Shown here piece by piece: positions 51,960 through 60,646 of a stretch of DNA of 64,000 bases. A program made the translations under genes and the position numbers. The notes under the pieces were generated by a model that was not told the DNA's origin, made no database searches, and saw only the letters and a list, made by a program, of their open reading frames with translations. Numbering within the stretch: the stretch's first letter is position 1; each line of letters begins with the position of its first letter. The DNA is taken from NCBI GenBank assembly GCA_022791255.1, contig JAAVYR010000004.1, positions 25,992-89,991 of the forward strand, given 5' to 3'. The stretch is from Peptococcaceae bacterium. Its GTDB lineage: Bacteria > Bacillota > Dehalobacteriia > UBA4068 > JAAVYR01.

Positions 51960-51994
51960 TTATCCACAAAATTTTTTGTGGATAATGTGGATAA
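51960..51994. promoter_or_regulatory. cluster of three perfect DnaA boxes (TTATCCACA), two forming a palindrome
   Basis: ttatccaca (51960-51968), then tgtggataa (51977-51985) and tgtggataa (51986-51994), in the 620-bp intergenic region upstream of ftsEX. Confidence 0.6.
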
Positions 51995-52107
51995 CATTGT
52001 TAATAACCTGTTAAATTTTAAGAAAGTTATCCCAATCCCATCCAAAATCCATTCACAATTTGTTTCTTTTTGTCGAAAAATACAATTTTTGTATTTGGAA
52101 AAACAAC

Positions 52108-52857
52108 TTATTGAAAATCTCTGCCGGCAGCCACCGTAATCACCCAGACGCCTGCCGCGCCCATCTGCTTCAACGCTCTGCCGCAAGCATAAGCTGTAGC
52201 ACCAGTGGTAAAGATATCATCTACCAGCAAAATCCGCTTTCCCGTTAAATCCACATCAAGCGGTACAATGGCGTCTCGCATATTGGCAATACGCGCCTCT
52301 CTGCCTAAAGTCGTCTGAGATACTACATCTGCCCGTTTCGCCAGCAGATGGTCGGCCCAGGGCACATCGATGCCACGGCTTACCGCCTGGGCCAAAAGTA
52401 AACTTTGGTTATAACCCCGTTTTGCCATGGTTTTCTCCGTCACCGGCACTGAAGAAACAAAATCAAAAGAAATATAGGGGTATTCCCGTCTCACTAATTC
52501 GGTTAGCAACACACCAAACCCCTTGGCCAAAGATTTTTGTCCTTCATACTTGAAAGCAAGCAGCTGGTCCCTAAGATATCCCTGGTACACTGCTACCGCC
52601 CGTGCACTCTCAATAAAAAGCGGCCGTTCTATCTGACACCAATGACACAAACTATGCTCCGAACGAATAAACACCCCGCAACAATCACAAGACCTACCCC
52701 AGCTATGATGGTCCCATTTTGCAGCACAACTGGAACAAAGATATCCTTGAGGAGTAGATTTACCGCAAAGAAGACATTTTTCTCCTGGAAACAGCAATTC
52801 TACTGCAGCTGCACCATATTCCTTTAACCATGTAAAAAGACGACTTTCCATAGCCAC
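52108..52857 (-). CDS. comFC: ComF family protein (ComFC, phosphoribosyltransferase-like)
   Basis: N-terminal Cys4 zinc finger and a C-terminal PRTase motif (LLVDDIFTTGAT). Confidence 0.8.
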   Translation of the reverse strand: MAMESRLFTWLKEYGAAAVELLFPGEKCLLCGKSTPQGYLCSSCAAKWDHHSWGRSCDCCGVFIRSEHSLCHWCQIERPLFIESARAVAVYQGYLRDQLLAFKYEGQKSLAKGFGVLLTELVRREYPYISFDFVSSVPVTEKTMAKRGYNQSLLLAQAVSRGIDVPWADHLLAKRADVVSQTTLGREARIANMRDAIVPLDVDLTGKRILLVDDIFTTGATAYACGRALKQMGAAGVWVITVAAGRDFQ

Positions 52858-53182
52858 GGCCCCTTACCATTTTTATAAATTTCCGATTATTTTTTATAAT
52901 TATTTCTTATATAAATTATTTTAGCTTATCCCCTAGGAAAAAGGCAACTCCTCTCTGAAACTAGTGAAACTAAAAACATCAGAAAATGATTTCATATTTA
53001 CCGCTGCCACTACATACCATAAAACAAAAGAAACCAAAACCATCTCCTGTCAAAAGCGGCCCAAATCAGAATGAACCCAATCAAGCCTGTCGGGATTTGT
53101 AAGAATATTTGGGCAGGAAATACAGGTCTTGCACCGTATTCTAATATTGACAGCGGCAAGAAGGCATGTAAGGAGGAATACT

Positions 53183-53425
53183 ATGTCACCCACCCATCCA
53201 TCTGAAAAAGCCCTGTTTATCACATTCAGTAACACCACACAAGCCATGAATATGGAAGAATGCTGCAGCAGATATGGTCTGCCGGGGCAATTGGTCCCCG
53301 TACCCAGGGACATCAAAGCGTCCTGCGGTCTCGCCTGGAAAACGACGCCAGAACAAAAAGAGCCGCTAACACAAATGATGAAACGAGAAAAAATCCGTCC
53401 AGAAAAATTCGTGCTGCAACCCTAA
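53183..53425 (+). CDS. DUF3343 domain protein
   Basis: About 80 aa (ALFITFSNTTQAM…VPVPRDIKASCGLAW). RBS taaggagg before ATG 53183. Confidence 0.55.
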   Translation: MSPTHPSEKALFITFSNTTQAMNMEECCSRYGLPGQLVPVPRDIKASCGLAWKTTPEQKEPLTQMMKREKIRPEKFVLQP

Positions 53426-53761
53426 CCATATAAAACGATAACCCAGCCATGGACAAAAAATTTTTTCATAGCCAAGCAGGGATTTCTTCTTCCCCAAAGG
53501 AAAGTTTTTTAGGAATTAAGAAAAAAGAGTTGAATTTTTCAAAAAAGTGTGTTAGAGTGGTTATAGTAAGAAGCGGGCGTTTTAGCCCTAAAGTTTTTAT
53601 TGCATTGATGCCCCTGTTTTTGGACAGGGATACACATATACTTTTTCACAACTACATATGGTTTGTACAGGAGCTAAACACTTTTTAGCTTAATACCTCG
53701 GGTTTACATCTCATGGTGACTTACATGATTTACTTTGCATCCAATTTTATGACACCGTTAC

Positions 53762-53790
53762 TTGACATCTTGGGAATTGAGATATTATAA
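53762..53790 (+). promoter_or_regulatory. sigma-A-type promoter upstream of the isochorismatase-family gene
   Basis: TTGACA, a 17-nt spacer, then TTATAA/TATTAT, followed by RBS gaggagg and ATG 53812. Confidence 0.5.
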
Positions 53791-53811
53791 AATTTGAGGA
53801 GGTATTTTCCA

Positions 53812-54471
53812 ATGGGTAAAAATTGTTTCATGATCATTGACCAACAAAAAGACTTTAACTTAGAAGGGGCTCCTTATCGCGTAGACTGCGGTTTAGAAGC
53901 ATTGCCTTACATCAAAAAAGCTTTGGAAGCATCCAGAGAAGCTGGTATTCCAGTAGTTCACGTTTTCCGGTATTACAGAGCTGATGGTTCTGATGTTGAA
54001 TTAACCAGATATTTTGGTTTCCATCAAGTAGGTGGCGGTTGCGTACCTGGCACCGAAGGCGCTGAAGAATGCGACGAAATCAAACCTATCGAAGGCGAAT
54101 ATTTGGTAGTTAAACAACGTTGGAGCGCTTTCTTCCAAACTGAATGCGATATGTTGCTCAGACGTTTAGGCGTTACCCAAATCATCGTTTCTGGTGTTCA
54201 AACTCCTAACTGCGTACGTGGTACCGTTTGGGATGCAAACTCCTTAGACTATGAAGTAATCGTATTGACCGATGCTACTGGTGCTAAAACTCCTGAAGTT
54301 CACCAAGCAAACCTCTTCGACATGAAGAACATCGGTATCAAAATGATGACCACTGATGAATATTGCAAAGCCTTGAAAGAAGGCGGCCCAGCTACCACTT
54401 TGATCGACGAAATCCGCAAAGACATGGCTGGCAAAAAAATCACTCCAGAACCAGTTGTACTCTACAAATAA
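53812..54471 (+). CDS. isochorismatase-family cysteine hydrolase
   Basis: CFMIIDQQKDF N-terminus and catalytic Cys region (VQTPNCVRGTVWDA). Confidence 0.8.
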   Translation: MGKNCFMIIDQQKDFNLEGAPYRVDCGLEALPYIKKALEASREAGIPVVHVFRYYRADGSDVELTRYFGFHQVGGGCVPGTEGAEECDEIKPIEGEYLVVKQRWSAFFQTECDMLLRRLGVTQIIVSGVQTPNCVRGTVWDANSLDYEVIVLTDATGAKTPEVHQANLFDMKNIGIKMMTTDEYCKALKEGGPATTLIDEIRKDMAGKKITPEPVVLYK

Positions 54472-54495
54472 TTTCGGTTATTTACTCAGTACACA

Positions 54496-54532
54496 AAAGG
54501 GAAAGCGTTCTTCGCTTTCCCTTTTTTATTTT
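54496..54532. terminator. rho-independent terminator
   Basis: aagggaaagcg-ttct-tcgctttccctt hairpin plus T-run. Confidence 0.7.
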
Positions 54533-54594
54533 TGCCATTTCTCCTCCTCTCCCCCAACATAAACAAAACCATAGAAAGGAACATTAAAACAATC

Positions 54595-55989
54595 ATGACG
54601 GAACAAAGACAAGAAAATTTGCAGCAGCACGACGGATTTACCAATCCACAAAGCTATATCCAGTTTCTTTCCTATATTTTTCCGTCCATGGTAACCATGA
54701 TATTCCTTTCCTTTTATACCACCATTGACGGTTTTTTCGCTTCTCGTTTCATCAATAAGGAAGCCCTTGCCGCCATTAATATCGTATTACCCATTACTTG
54801 TATTTATTTTGGTCTAGCTGTCATGCTGGCTACAGGGGCTAGCGCTGTTATCAGTATGAAGCTAGGAGAAGGCAGAGATAGTGAGGCAAGTAGCTTTTTT
54901 TCCTTTACCCTGCAGGTTTTGGTAGGCGTGGCACTGCTACTTACGGTAGGAGGCATTATTTTTTTGAAACCCATATTAGTAGCATTGGGCTCTACAGAAA
55001 TCTTACTGCCCTATACCATTCCTTACGCTTTGGTTTCCATTATCTTTATCTTACCTATGATGTTAAAGCTGTTTTTAGAATATTTTGTCCGAGTAGATGA
55101 CGCACCAGGTGTAGCTTTAGCCATGTCAGCTACTGGCCTTATCGGCAATGTCTTATTAGACGCATTGTTTATCATCGTTTTTGATATGGGCATTTTAGGA
55201 GCAGCCCTCGGCACAGCTATTGCCATTACCATTTCCGCAGCCATCGGCGTCCATTATTTTCTCTGCCGCAGTAAACGGCTGAAGCTAGGCAAACCGAAAG
55301 CCAACTGGCACCTGCTGGGCTATTGCTGTTATAATGGCAGTTCTGAAATGTTTACAGAGTTTTCCACCGGCATTGCCACCTTTCTTTTTAATTTGGCAGT
55401 ATTACAAGTTTATGGAGAAGCAGGCGTTTCTGCTTATTCCCTGATTACCTATGCTTATTACTTCTTTATTGCTTTTTATTTTGGCGTATCAGTGGGAGCC
55501 GCCCCTGTTATCAGCTATAATTACGGCGCCGGCAACCCTCGGAAAATGCGGGAATATTTCCGCTATAGCATGGGAACCATTTTAGGAGCCTCTGTTATCA
55601 TCTTCCTCATCTCCCATTTTGGTAACGACTGGCTCATCCATCTCTTTAGCAAGGAAGCAGAGGTTATCGCCATTGCAGCGCCGGCATTAAGGTTGTTTTC
55701 TTATGGGTTCTTGTTTATGGGTATCAATACATTTGCCGGCAGCCTCTTTACAGCCGTCTGCAACGGGAAAATCTCAGCGTTAATTTCTTTACTGCGTTCT
55801 CTGGTTTTCGTCATCCTGGGCCTTTATCTGTTACCGCGAACGCCCTTGGGCGTCAAAGGTATCTGGCTAACAGTTCCTTTTGCCGACTTCTGCACCCTGA
55901 TGATTACACTTATCTGCTTTTATCATTATCGCAACATCTACTACCCACCCTTATTGCAGCCAGAAAACAAACAGAATATGCAAAACTAG
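54595..55989 (+). CDS. MATE family efflux transporter
   Basis: 12-TM MatE-like protein. The ORF-track start at 54532 is a TTG; ATG 54595 is preferred, but the start is uncertain. Confidence 0.75.
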   Translation: MTEQRQENLQQHDGFTNPQSYIQFLSYIFPSMVTMIFLSFYTTIDGFFASRFINKEALAAINIVLPITCIYFGLAVMLATGASAVISMKLGEGRDSEASSFFSFTLQVLVGVALLLTVGGIIFLKPILVALGSTEILLPYTIPYALVSIIFILPMMLKLFLEYFVRVDDAPGVALAMSATGLIGNVLLDALFIIVFDMGILGAALGTAIAITISAAIGVHYFLCRSKRLKLGKPKANWHLLGYCCYNGSSEMFTEFSTGIATFLFNLAVLQVYGEAGVSAYSLITYAYYFFIAFYFGVSVGAAPVISYNYGAGNPRKMREYFRYSMGTILGASVIIFLISHFGNDWLIHLFSKEAEVIAIAAPALRLFSYGFLFMGINTFAGSLFTAVCNGKISALISLLRSLVFVILGLYLLPRTPLGVKGIWLTVPFADFCTLMITLICFYHYRNIYYPPLLQPENKQNMQN

Positions 55990-56074
55990 CCAATAGGTCC
56001 AAGGCACAAGCCCGGTTATGAATACATAAAATAATAGTACATCCTTAGCTACATTAAGGAGGTACTATTATTTT

Positions 56075-57154
56075 ATGGTTACCATTAGCTTATGTATGAT
56101 TGTAAAAAATGAAGAAGCCGTACTAAAAAGACTCTTAAGCGGAGTAACAGACCTGGTAGATGAAATCATCATCGTCGATACAGGGTCCACAGACCGCACG
56201 AAAGAAATCGCCAGAGAGTTTACCCCTCATGTTTATGATTTTCCATGGCAGGAGGATTTCGCTGCTGCACGGAATTATGCTTTTTCCCACGGCACAAAAG
56301 ACTATCTGCTCTGGCTGGACGCCGACGATGTCATCTTACCCAAAGCAAAAGAAAAATTCTTGCAACTAAAAAAGACCCTTTCTCCTATGGTAGATGTGGT
56401 GATGCTACCATATGAAACAGCCTTTGATGAACAAGGAAATCCGACCTTTTCCTATTTCCGGGAACGGCTCATCAAAAACCATGCCGGCTTCCGCTGGGAA
56501 GGAGAAATTCATGAAGTCATCACCCCGAGAGGTAATATCATCTATGGGAACGCGCCTATTACGCACCAAAAGATAAAGGTAGCAGATCCAGAGCGAAACC
56601 TGCGTATTTTCGAAAAGATGCTGGCAGAAGGCAAAACCCTCTCTCCCCGGCACCAGTTTTACTATGGCAGAGAGTTATTCTATCATGGCCAGGAGGAAAA
56701 AGCCGCTACGATTTTCGAAGAGTTTTTAGCAAATCCTAATGGCTGGAGCGAAAATAAAATCGAATGCACCCGCCAGCTGGCAGCTTGTTATTTTCATCAG
56801 GGCCTGGAAGAGCTGGGCATTACGACTTTATTCCGTTCCTTCCTCTGGGATAAGCCGCGAGCAGAAATCTGCTGTGATATTGGCGCCTATTTCTTAGGAA
56901 AGCAATCTTATGAACAGAGTATTTTCTGGTACACCTTAGCGGCAGATACCTCTCGGGACGACACCAAAGGCGGCTTTATACTGGGGGACTGCTATGGGCT
57001 TATCCCCTATCTACAGCTCTGCGTCTGCTATGACCGACTAGGCGACCGAGAAAAAGCGCTGCATTATCACCAGTTAGTAGGGAAAATTAACCCGAACCAC
57101 CCTAGTTATTTGCAAAATGAACAGTATTTCCAAAATAAAAAAGAGACTCCATAG
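56075..57154 (+). CDS. family 2 glycosyltransferase with C-terminal TPR repeats
   Basis: GT-A fold N-terminus (ISLCMIVKNEE…DTGSTDRT…DADD) followed by TPR-like helical repeats. Strong RBS taaggagg. Confidence 0.8.
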   Translation: MVTISLCMIVKNEEAVLKRLLSGVTDLVDEIIIVDTGSTDRTKEIAREFTPHVYDFPWQEDFAAARNYAFSHGTKDYLLWLDADDVILPKAKEKFLQLKKTLSPMVDVVMLPYETAFDEQGNPTFSYFRERLIKNHAGFRWEGEIHEVITPRGNIIYGNAPITHQKIKVADPERNLRIFEKMLAEGKTLSPRHQFYYGRELFYHGQEEKAATIFEEFLANPNGWSENKIECTRQLAACYFHQGLEELGITTLFRSFLWDKPRAEICCDIGAYFLGKQSYEQSIFWYTLAADTSRDDTKGGFILGDCYGLIPYLQLCVCYDRLGDREKALHYHQLVGKINPNHPSYLQNEQYFQNKKETP

Positions 57155-57183
57155 AGCCTCTTTTTATTTTGCTTTAGGAAAAT

Positions 57184-58605
57184 CTATTTGGTCAGACTGT
57201 TAATGGCCGCCCATACATCGCTTGGCACACGACCCATACGCCATACGGCAACACCGGCCAGGTCATATTTTTTCACTAAGTCCATTTTTTGTCCGATGCT
57301 GACAGCGTCTTCAAACCATACAGATACTTTACCTTTATCAGGACTTTCATAATCAAAATGAGGCACGCCGCTGGCCTCATCGCACAGCACTTCTACCCCT
57401 TGTTCCTTCGCCAGGTCAAAGGCAGGCTGGATGAAAATAGCACTGCCTTTGCCATTTTCTGGCCAATATCTGCCATAAGCACCAATACCGACAATAAATT
57501 TCTCTTTTGGAATGTATTGACTTAGGTATTTGATACTGGTTTCCATCCAGTCAATGCCAGCAATAGGACCGGCCTCGCCACCATTATAATGCTGGTCATA
57601 CATCATGACGATGCATTGGTCAGCATATTTGGCAAGACCTGCATAGTCATAGCCGTCCAGCCAAGTTTGACTATCATAAGTGCGGCAGCGCAGAGAAAGA
57701 GAAAGGACCACATCCCTAGGAAGTGCTGCCTTTAAGTCTCTTACAAAGGCGGTGAAGTTATCCCGCATAGAGACAGACACCACTTCATAGTCTAAGTTTA
57801 CCCCATCAAAATCTTCCTCTTTGACAAACTGAACAATACTGTTAATCGTATTGGTGCGCAGGGCCTCATCACCCAGCACCGCATCGGAGATAGTCCGGTC
57901 AAAGGCTGTTACCAACATTTGTGTTTTCATGCCTTTTCGCTCTGCCAGTTGTTTTCCTTCTGCAGCAAATTTATCACCGGCAAAGTTATCTTTTTCCCGG
58001 ACAGTACCATCTGCCTTCAGTAAATAGCCAAAATGGATAACATCTGAGAAATCAGCAGCGTCCCCTGTAATATCATCTAAAGAATAATAGTCATAATAAA
58101 AACCCATAATCTTTTTACTGCTAAGAGCTACATCAGTCGTCGGCTTTTGATAAATGACGGTGACTTCCTTTGCGGCACCATCCCAGTTGACAGTGGCGCC
58201 TAAATTTTCCCCAGCAAAGCGCAGTGGAACGAAAGTCCGACCTTGAACGATTTCTGCTGCTACATCCATAACAACAACTTGTCCATTGACCATGCCTTCT
58301 TTGCTGCCAATGACCAGATCTACTGTTTTCCCATCTAGGGTCAGCGAGGCTTTGCCGCCAGCACCATTCTCACCAGGCTGCCAAGAAAGCACAGCGCCTA
58401 ATGGCTCCGTAATAAAGCGAATAGGCACCATGGTGCGGTCGTTTTTCAGATAAGGAACAGCGTCTGCATTTACTTCACTGCCGTTAACGATGATTTTAAT
58501 GGTATCGTCTGCCCAGGCAGAAACAGTGCAGGACAATAAAAGAAGCAACACCATCAGTAATAAAGAGAACATGTGGTGTTTTCCCATGGTTTTTCCTAAT
58601 TTCAT
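57184..58605 (-). CDS. GH18 glycoside hydrolase with two N-terminal copper-amine-oxidase-like (stalk) domains, secreted
   Basis: Signal peptide, two VNG…RTxVPxRF…LGAxVxW repeats, and the GH18 catalytic motif DGVNLDYE. Resembles spore cortex-lytic YdhD/SleL-type enzymes with non-LysM targeting domains. Confidence 0.75.
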   Translation of the reverse strand: MKLGKTMGKHHMFSLLLMVLLLLLSCTVSAWADDTIKIIVNGSEVNADAVPYLKNDRTMVPIRFITEPLGAVLSWQPGENGAGGKASLTLDGKTVDLVIGSKEGMVNGQVVVMDVAAEIVQGRTFVPLRFAGENLGATVNWDGAAKEVTVIYQKPTTDVALSSKKIMGFYYDYYSLDDITGDAADFSDVIHFGYLLKADGTVREKDNFAGDKFAAEGKQLAERKGMKTQMLVTAFDRTISDAVLGDEALRTNTINSIVQFVKEEDFDGVNLDYEVVSVSMRDNFTAFVRDLKAALPRDVVLSLSLRCRTYDSQTWLDGYDYAGLAKYADQCIVMMYDQHYNGGEAGPIAGIDWMETSIKYLSQYIPKEKFIVGIGAYGRYWPENGKGSAIFIQPAFDLAKEQGVEVLCDEASGVPHFDYESPDKGKVSVWFEDAVSIGQKMDLVKKYDLAGVAVWRMGRVPSDVWAAINSLTK

Positions 58606-58690
58606 CTAACAAAATTCCTTTCTAATAACTAATTCTCAGAAGTAGTAAGCTGTTGTAATGTACTGAGTGGCAATATTCAATATTTCATAT

Positions 58691-59644
58691 TTATTCTTTG
58701 TTGAGAATATAATTGACCGTTTTGTTGACAGAGAGAGGCATTTCGATATCGGTGCCCTCTGGTAAGAGGTCATAGGGCTCCCCGTCGATTAAAAATTGGA
58801 CGGTTTCTACTTCTGGAAACTGTGCAAAAGTAGCTAGCACCGATTGGACAAATAAATATTCAAAAGCGGTACCGCCCCCATAAGCCACTGCTTCTTTGGA
58901 CAAGTCTACCATTGCCTTGCCATCGGCTACCGTCACACCATTAAGTTTCGTTCCCTGATAAACAGTAGCCACTAGACCAGTCGCTTTTGGTGGGCCTTCT
59001 ACCAGCTTTTTCATGACAAAAGTATAGGCGTCTTCCTCTGGTCTTACGAAGCTGACAGGCGTCAGATACATGGCCTGGTCATCGCTGAAATACACCTGTA
59101 CCCTTTGGCTATCCGCCGTTACATTAGCGTCAGCTGGATTAATGGGGGTATAGGTTAGCGGCTGGCTGATTTCTCTTTCACCGATTTTTTCTACTAATTG
59201 ATGATTAACCAATATGTTTACCTGTTTTTCAGGGGCAGCCCAGCCTACAGTAGCCACGATACAGCGCAGGCTGTTATCGACTTGTTCCGGCGCCGTCTGC
59301 AAAAACTCTTCTGTCAGTTCTACACAAAGGATCCCTTTTTCTACATACAAGTCCTTAGCTTTAATCCCTGCCGGCAAAGGACTTTTTACAAAGTCATTTG
59401 GTGCGCCAGCTAAAAGCTTTTGCAAGGCAACAAAAGCAACCTCTCTTGTTTCATTGGTTTGCATGGTAAGAGGCACTAAGTTTTTTTCTTGAGTGTCTAA
59501 GAAATAAGCAACCACTGTCTGACTAGGGGAGACCGTCAGCACTTTCGTGCTAGGCTCTGGAGAAGGCCGCAGCGCCGGGTCCTCTGGTGCATTATCACAG
59601 CCGGTAAGAGCTAAACACAATCCTAAGCAAAGAGTAAGCGCCAT
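58691..59644 (-). CDS. gerM: GerM-like lipoprotein with tandem GerMN domains
   Basis: Lipobox LALTGCDN and two GerMN-like domains. Size similar to B. subtilis GerM. Start trimmed to MALTLCLG…. Confidence 0.6.
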   Translation of the reverse strand: MALTLCLGLCLALTGCDNAPEDPALRPSPEPSTKVLTVSPSQTVVAYFLDTQEKNLVPLTMQTNETREVAFVALQKLLAGAPNDFVKSPLPAGIKAKDLYVEKGILCVELTEEFLQTAPEQVDNSLRCIVATVGWAAPEKQVNILVNHQLVEKIGEREISQPLTYTPINPADANVTADSQRVQVYFSDDQAMYLTPVSFVRPEEDAYTFVMKKLVEGPPKATGLVATVYQGTKLNGVTVADGKAMVDLSKEAVAYGGGTAFEYLFVQSVLATFAQFPEVETVQFLIDGEPYDLLPEGTDIEMPLSVNKTVNYILNKE

Positions 59645-59891
59645 GCCTCTGGCAGACTTATATACTTGGCACGGAGCAGAACCTTTTAATTTTGTTTGCT
59701 TTGTCGTTATTAGGAAGGGCTTCATCTACATGCCCCTTTCTTTTTATAGATATATTTATGAAACCAATGTTTATTAGTCCTACTATTAAATCTAATATTA
59801 GACTTACTGTAAAACATTCTGGTTCCCTGGATAAAAATCCTGCTTAGCAATATCTGATAATATCCAGCAATATCTGGAAATATGCTGTTTA

Positions 59892-60530
59892 TTATTTTAA
59901 AATAATTTCTTGCAATTGGTCAATAGTATCAGCAAAATATGTAGGCTGATACGCCATTAACTGGTCTTTTGTAGCCATGCCCCAGGTAACGCCGCAAGTA
60001 GCAAGGGCAGCGCCTTTGCCGCATTGGATATCATAAGGGCTATCACCGACAAAAAGTGCATGGTCTGCCGGTTTCCCCAATCTTTCCAGTGCTAAAAGGG
60101 CTGGTTCCGGGGAAGGCTTATGAGAGCAAGGTTCAGAGGCCGTGATAATCACCGAAAAATAATCTTCAATGCCCGTCTCTGAAAGAGACATCATGGCAGA
60201 GTCATGGATTTTCGAGGTCACCACTGCCATGGTGATTTGTTGTTGTTTTAAGGTCTTCAACATTGGCAAGATGTCAGGAAAGATTTTGATTTTCTCATCA
60301 TGAAGCTGATGAAAATATTTTAAATAAATGCTGCGATAAAACTCTCCCTGGCCTTTCCCCAGTAAGATTTCACCGGTTTCTATGAGAGGAATGCCTATCA
60401 TGGAACGAATATGTTCCTCGTCCCACGGCAGACCAATCTCCGCCCCAGCCAAACGAGAACACTCTATGATTAACGGCAAAGAGTCTATCAACGTGCCGTC
60501 TAAATCAAATAAAACTGTTTGAAAAGACAT
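59892..60530 (-). CDS. HAD-superfamily hydrolase (PpaX/Gph-like)
   Basis: DxDGTLxDS motif (FDLDGTLIDS). 212 aa. Confidence 0.8.
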   Translation of the reverse strand: MSFQTVLFDLDGTLIDSLPLIIECSRLAGAEIGLPWDEEHIRSMIGIPLIETGEILLGKGQGEFYRSIYLKYFHQLHDEKIKIFPDILPMLKTLKQQQITMAVVTSKIHDSAMMSLSETGIEDYFSVIITASEPCSHKPSPEPALLALERLGKPADHALFVGDSPYDIQCGKGAALATCGVTWGMATKDQLMAYQPTYFADTIDQLQEIILK

Positions 60531-60646
60531 TTGGTTTTGTTACTCCTTTTTTGTGTTTATTGTTATTTTATCATATTCTCCAAGATACTTGCTGAATTTA
60601 CCTGAAAGAAGCAATTTTTTTCCTTAATTTTTCATAAAGATTTTCT

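Noticed and set aside
51960-51994. Possibility that the DnaA-box cluster marks oriC
   Set aside because: There is no dnaA, dnaN or AT-rich unwinding element with many boxes nearby. The spoIIE–tilS–ftsH synteny places the window roughly 70-100 kb from the origin in Bacillus-like genomes.
51825-52186. ORFs 51825..52139 (+) and 51902..52186 (-) in the ftsE–comFC intergenic region
   Set aside because: They have no RBS, low-complexity composition (FFSFGEISIFPG…) and overlap each other. The region is better explained as regulatory DNA containing the DnaA-box cluster.
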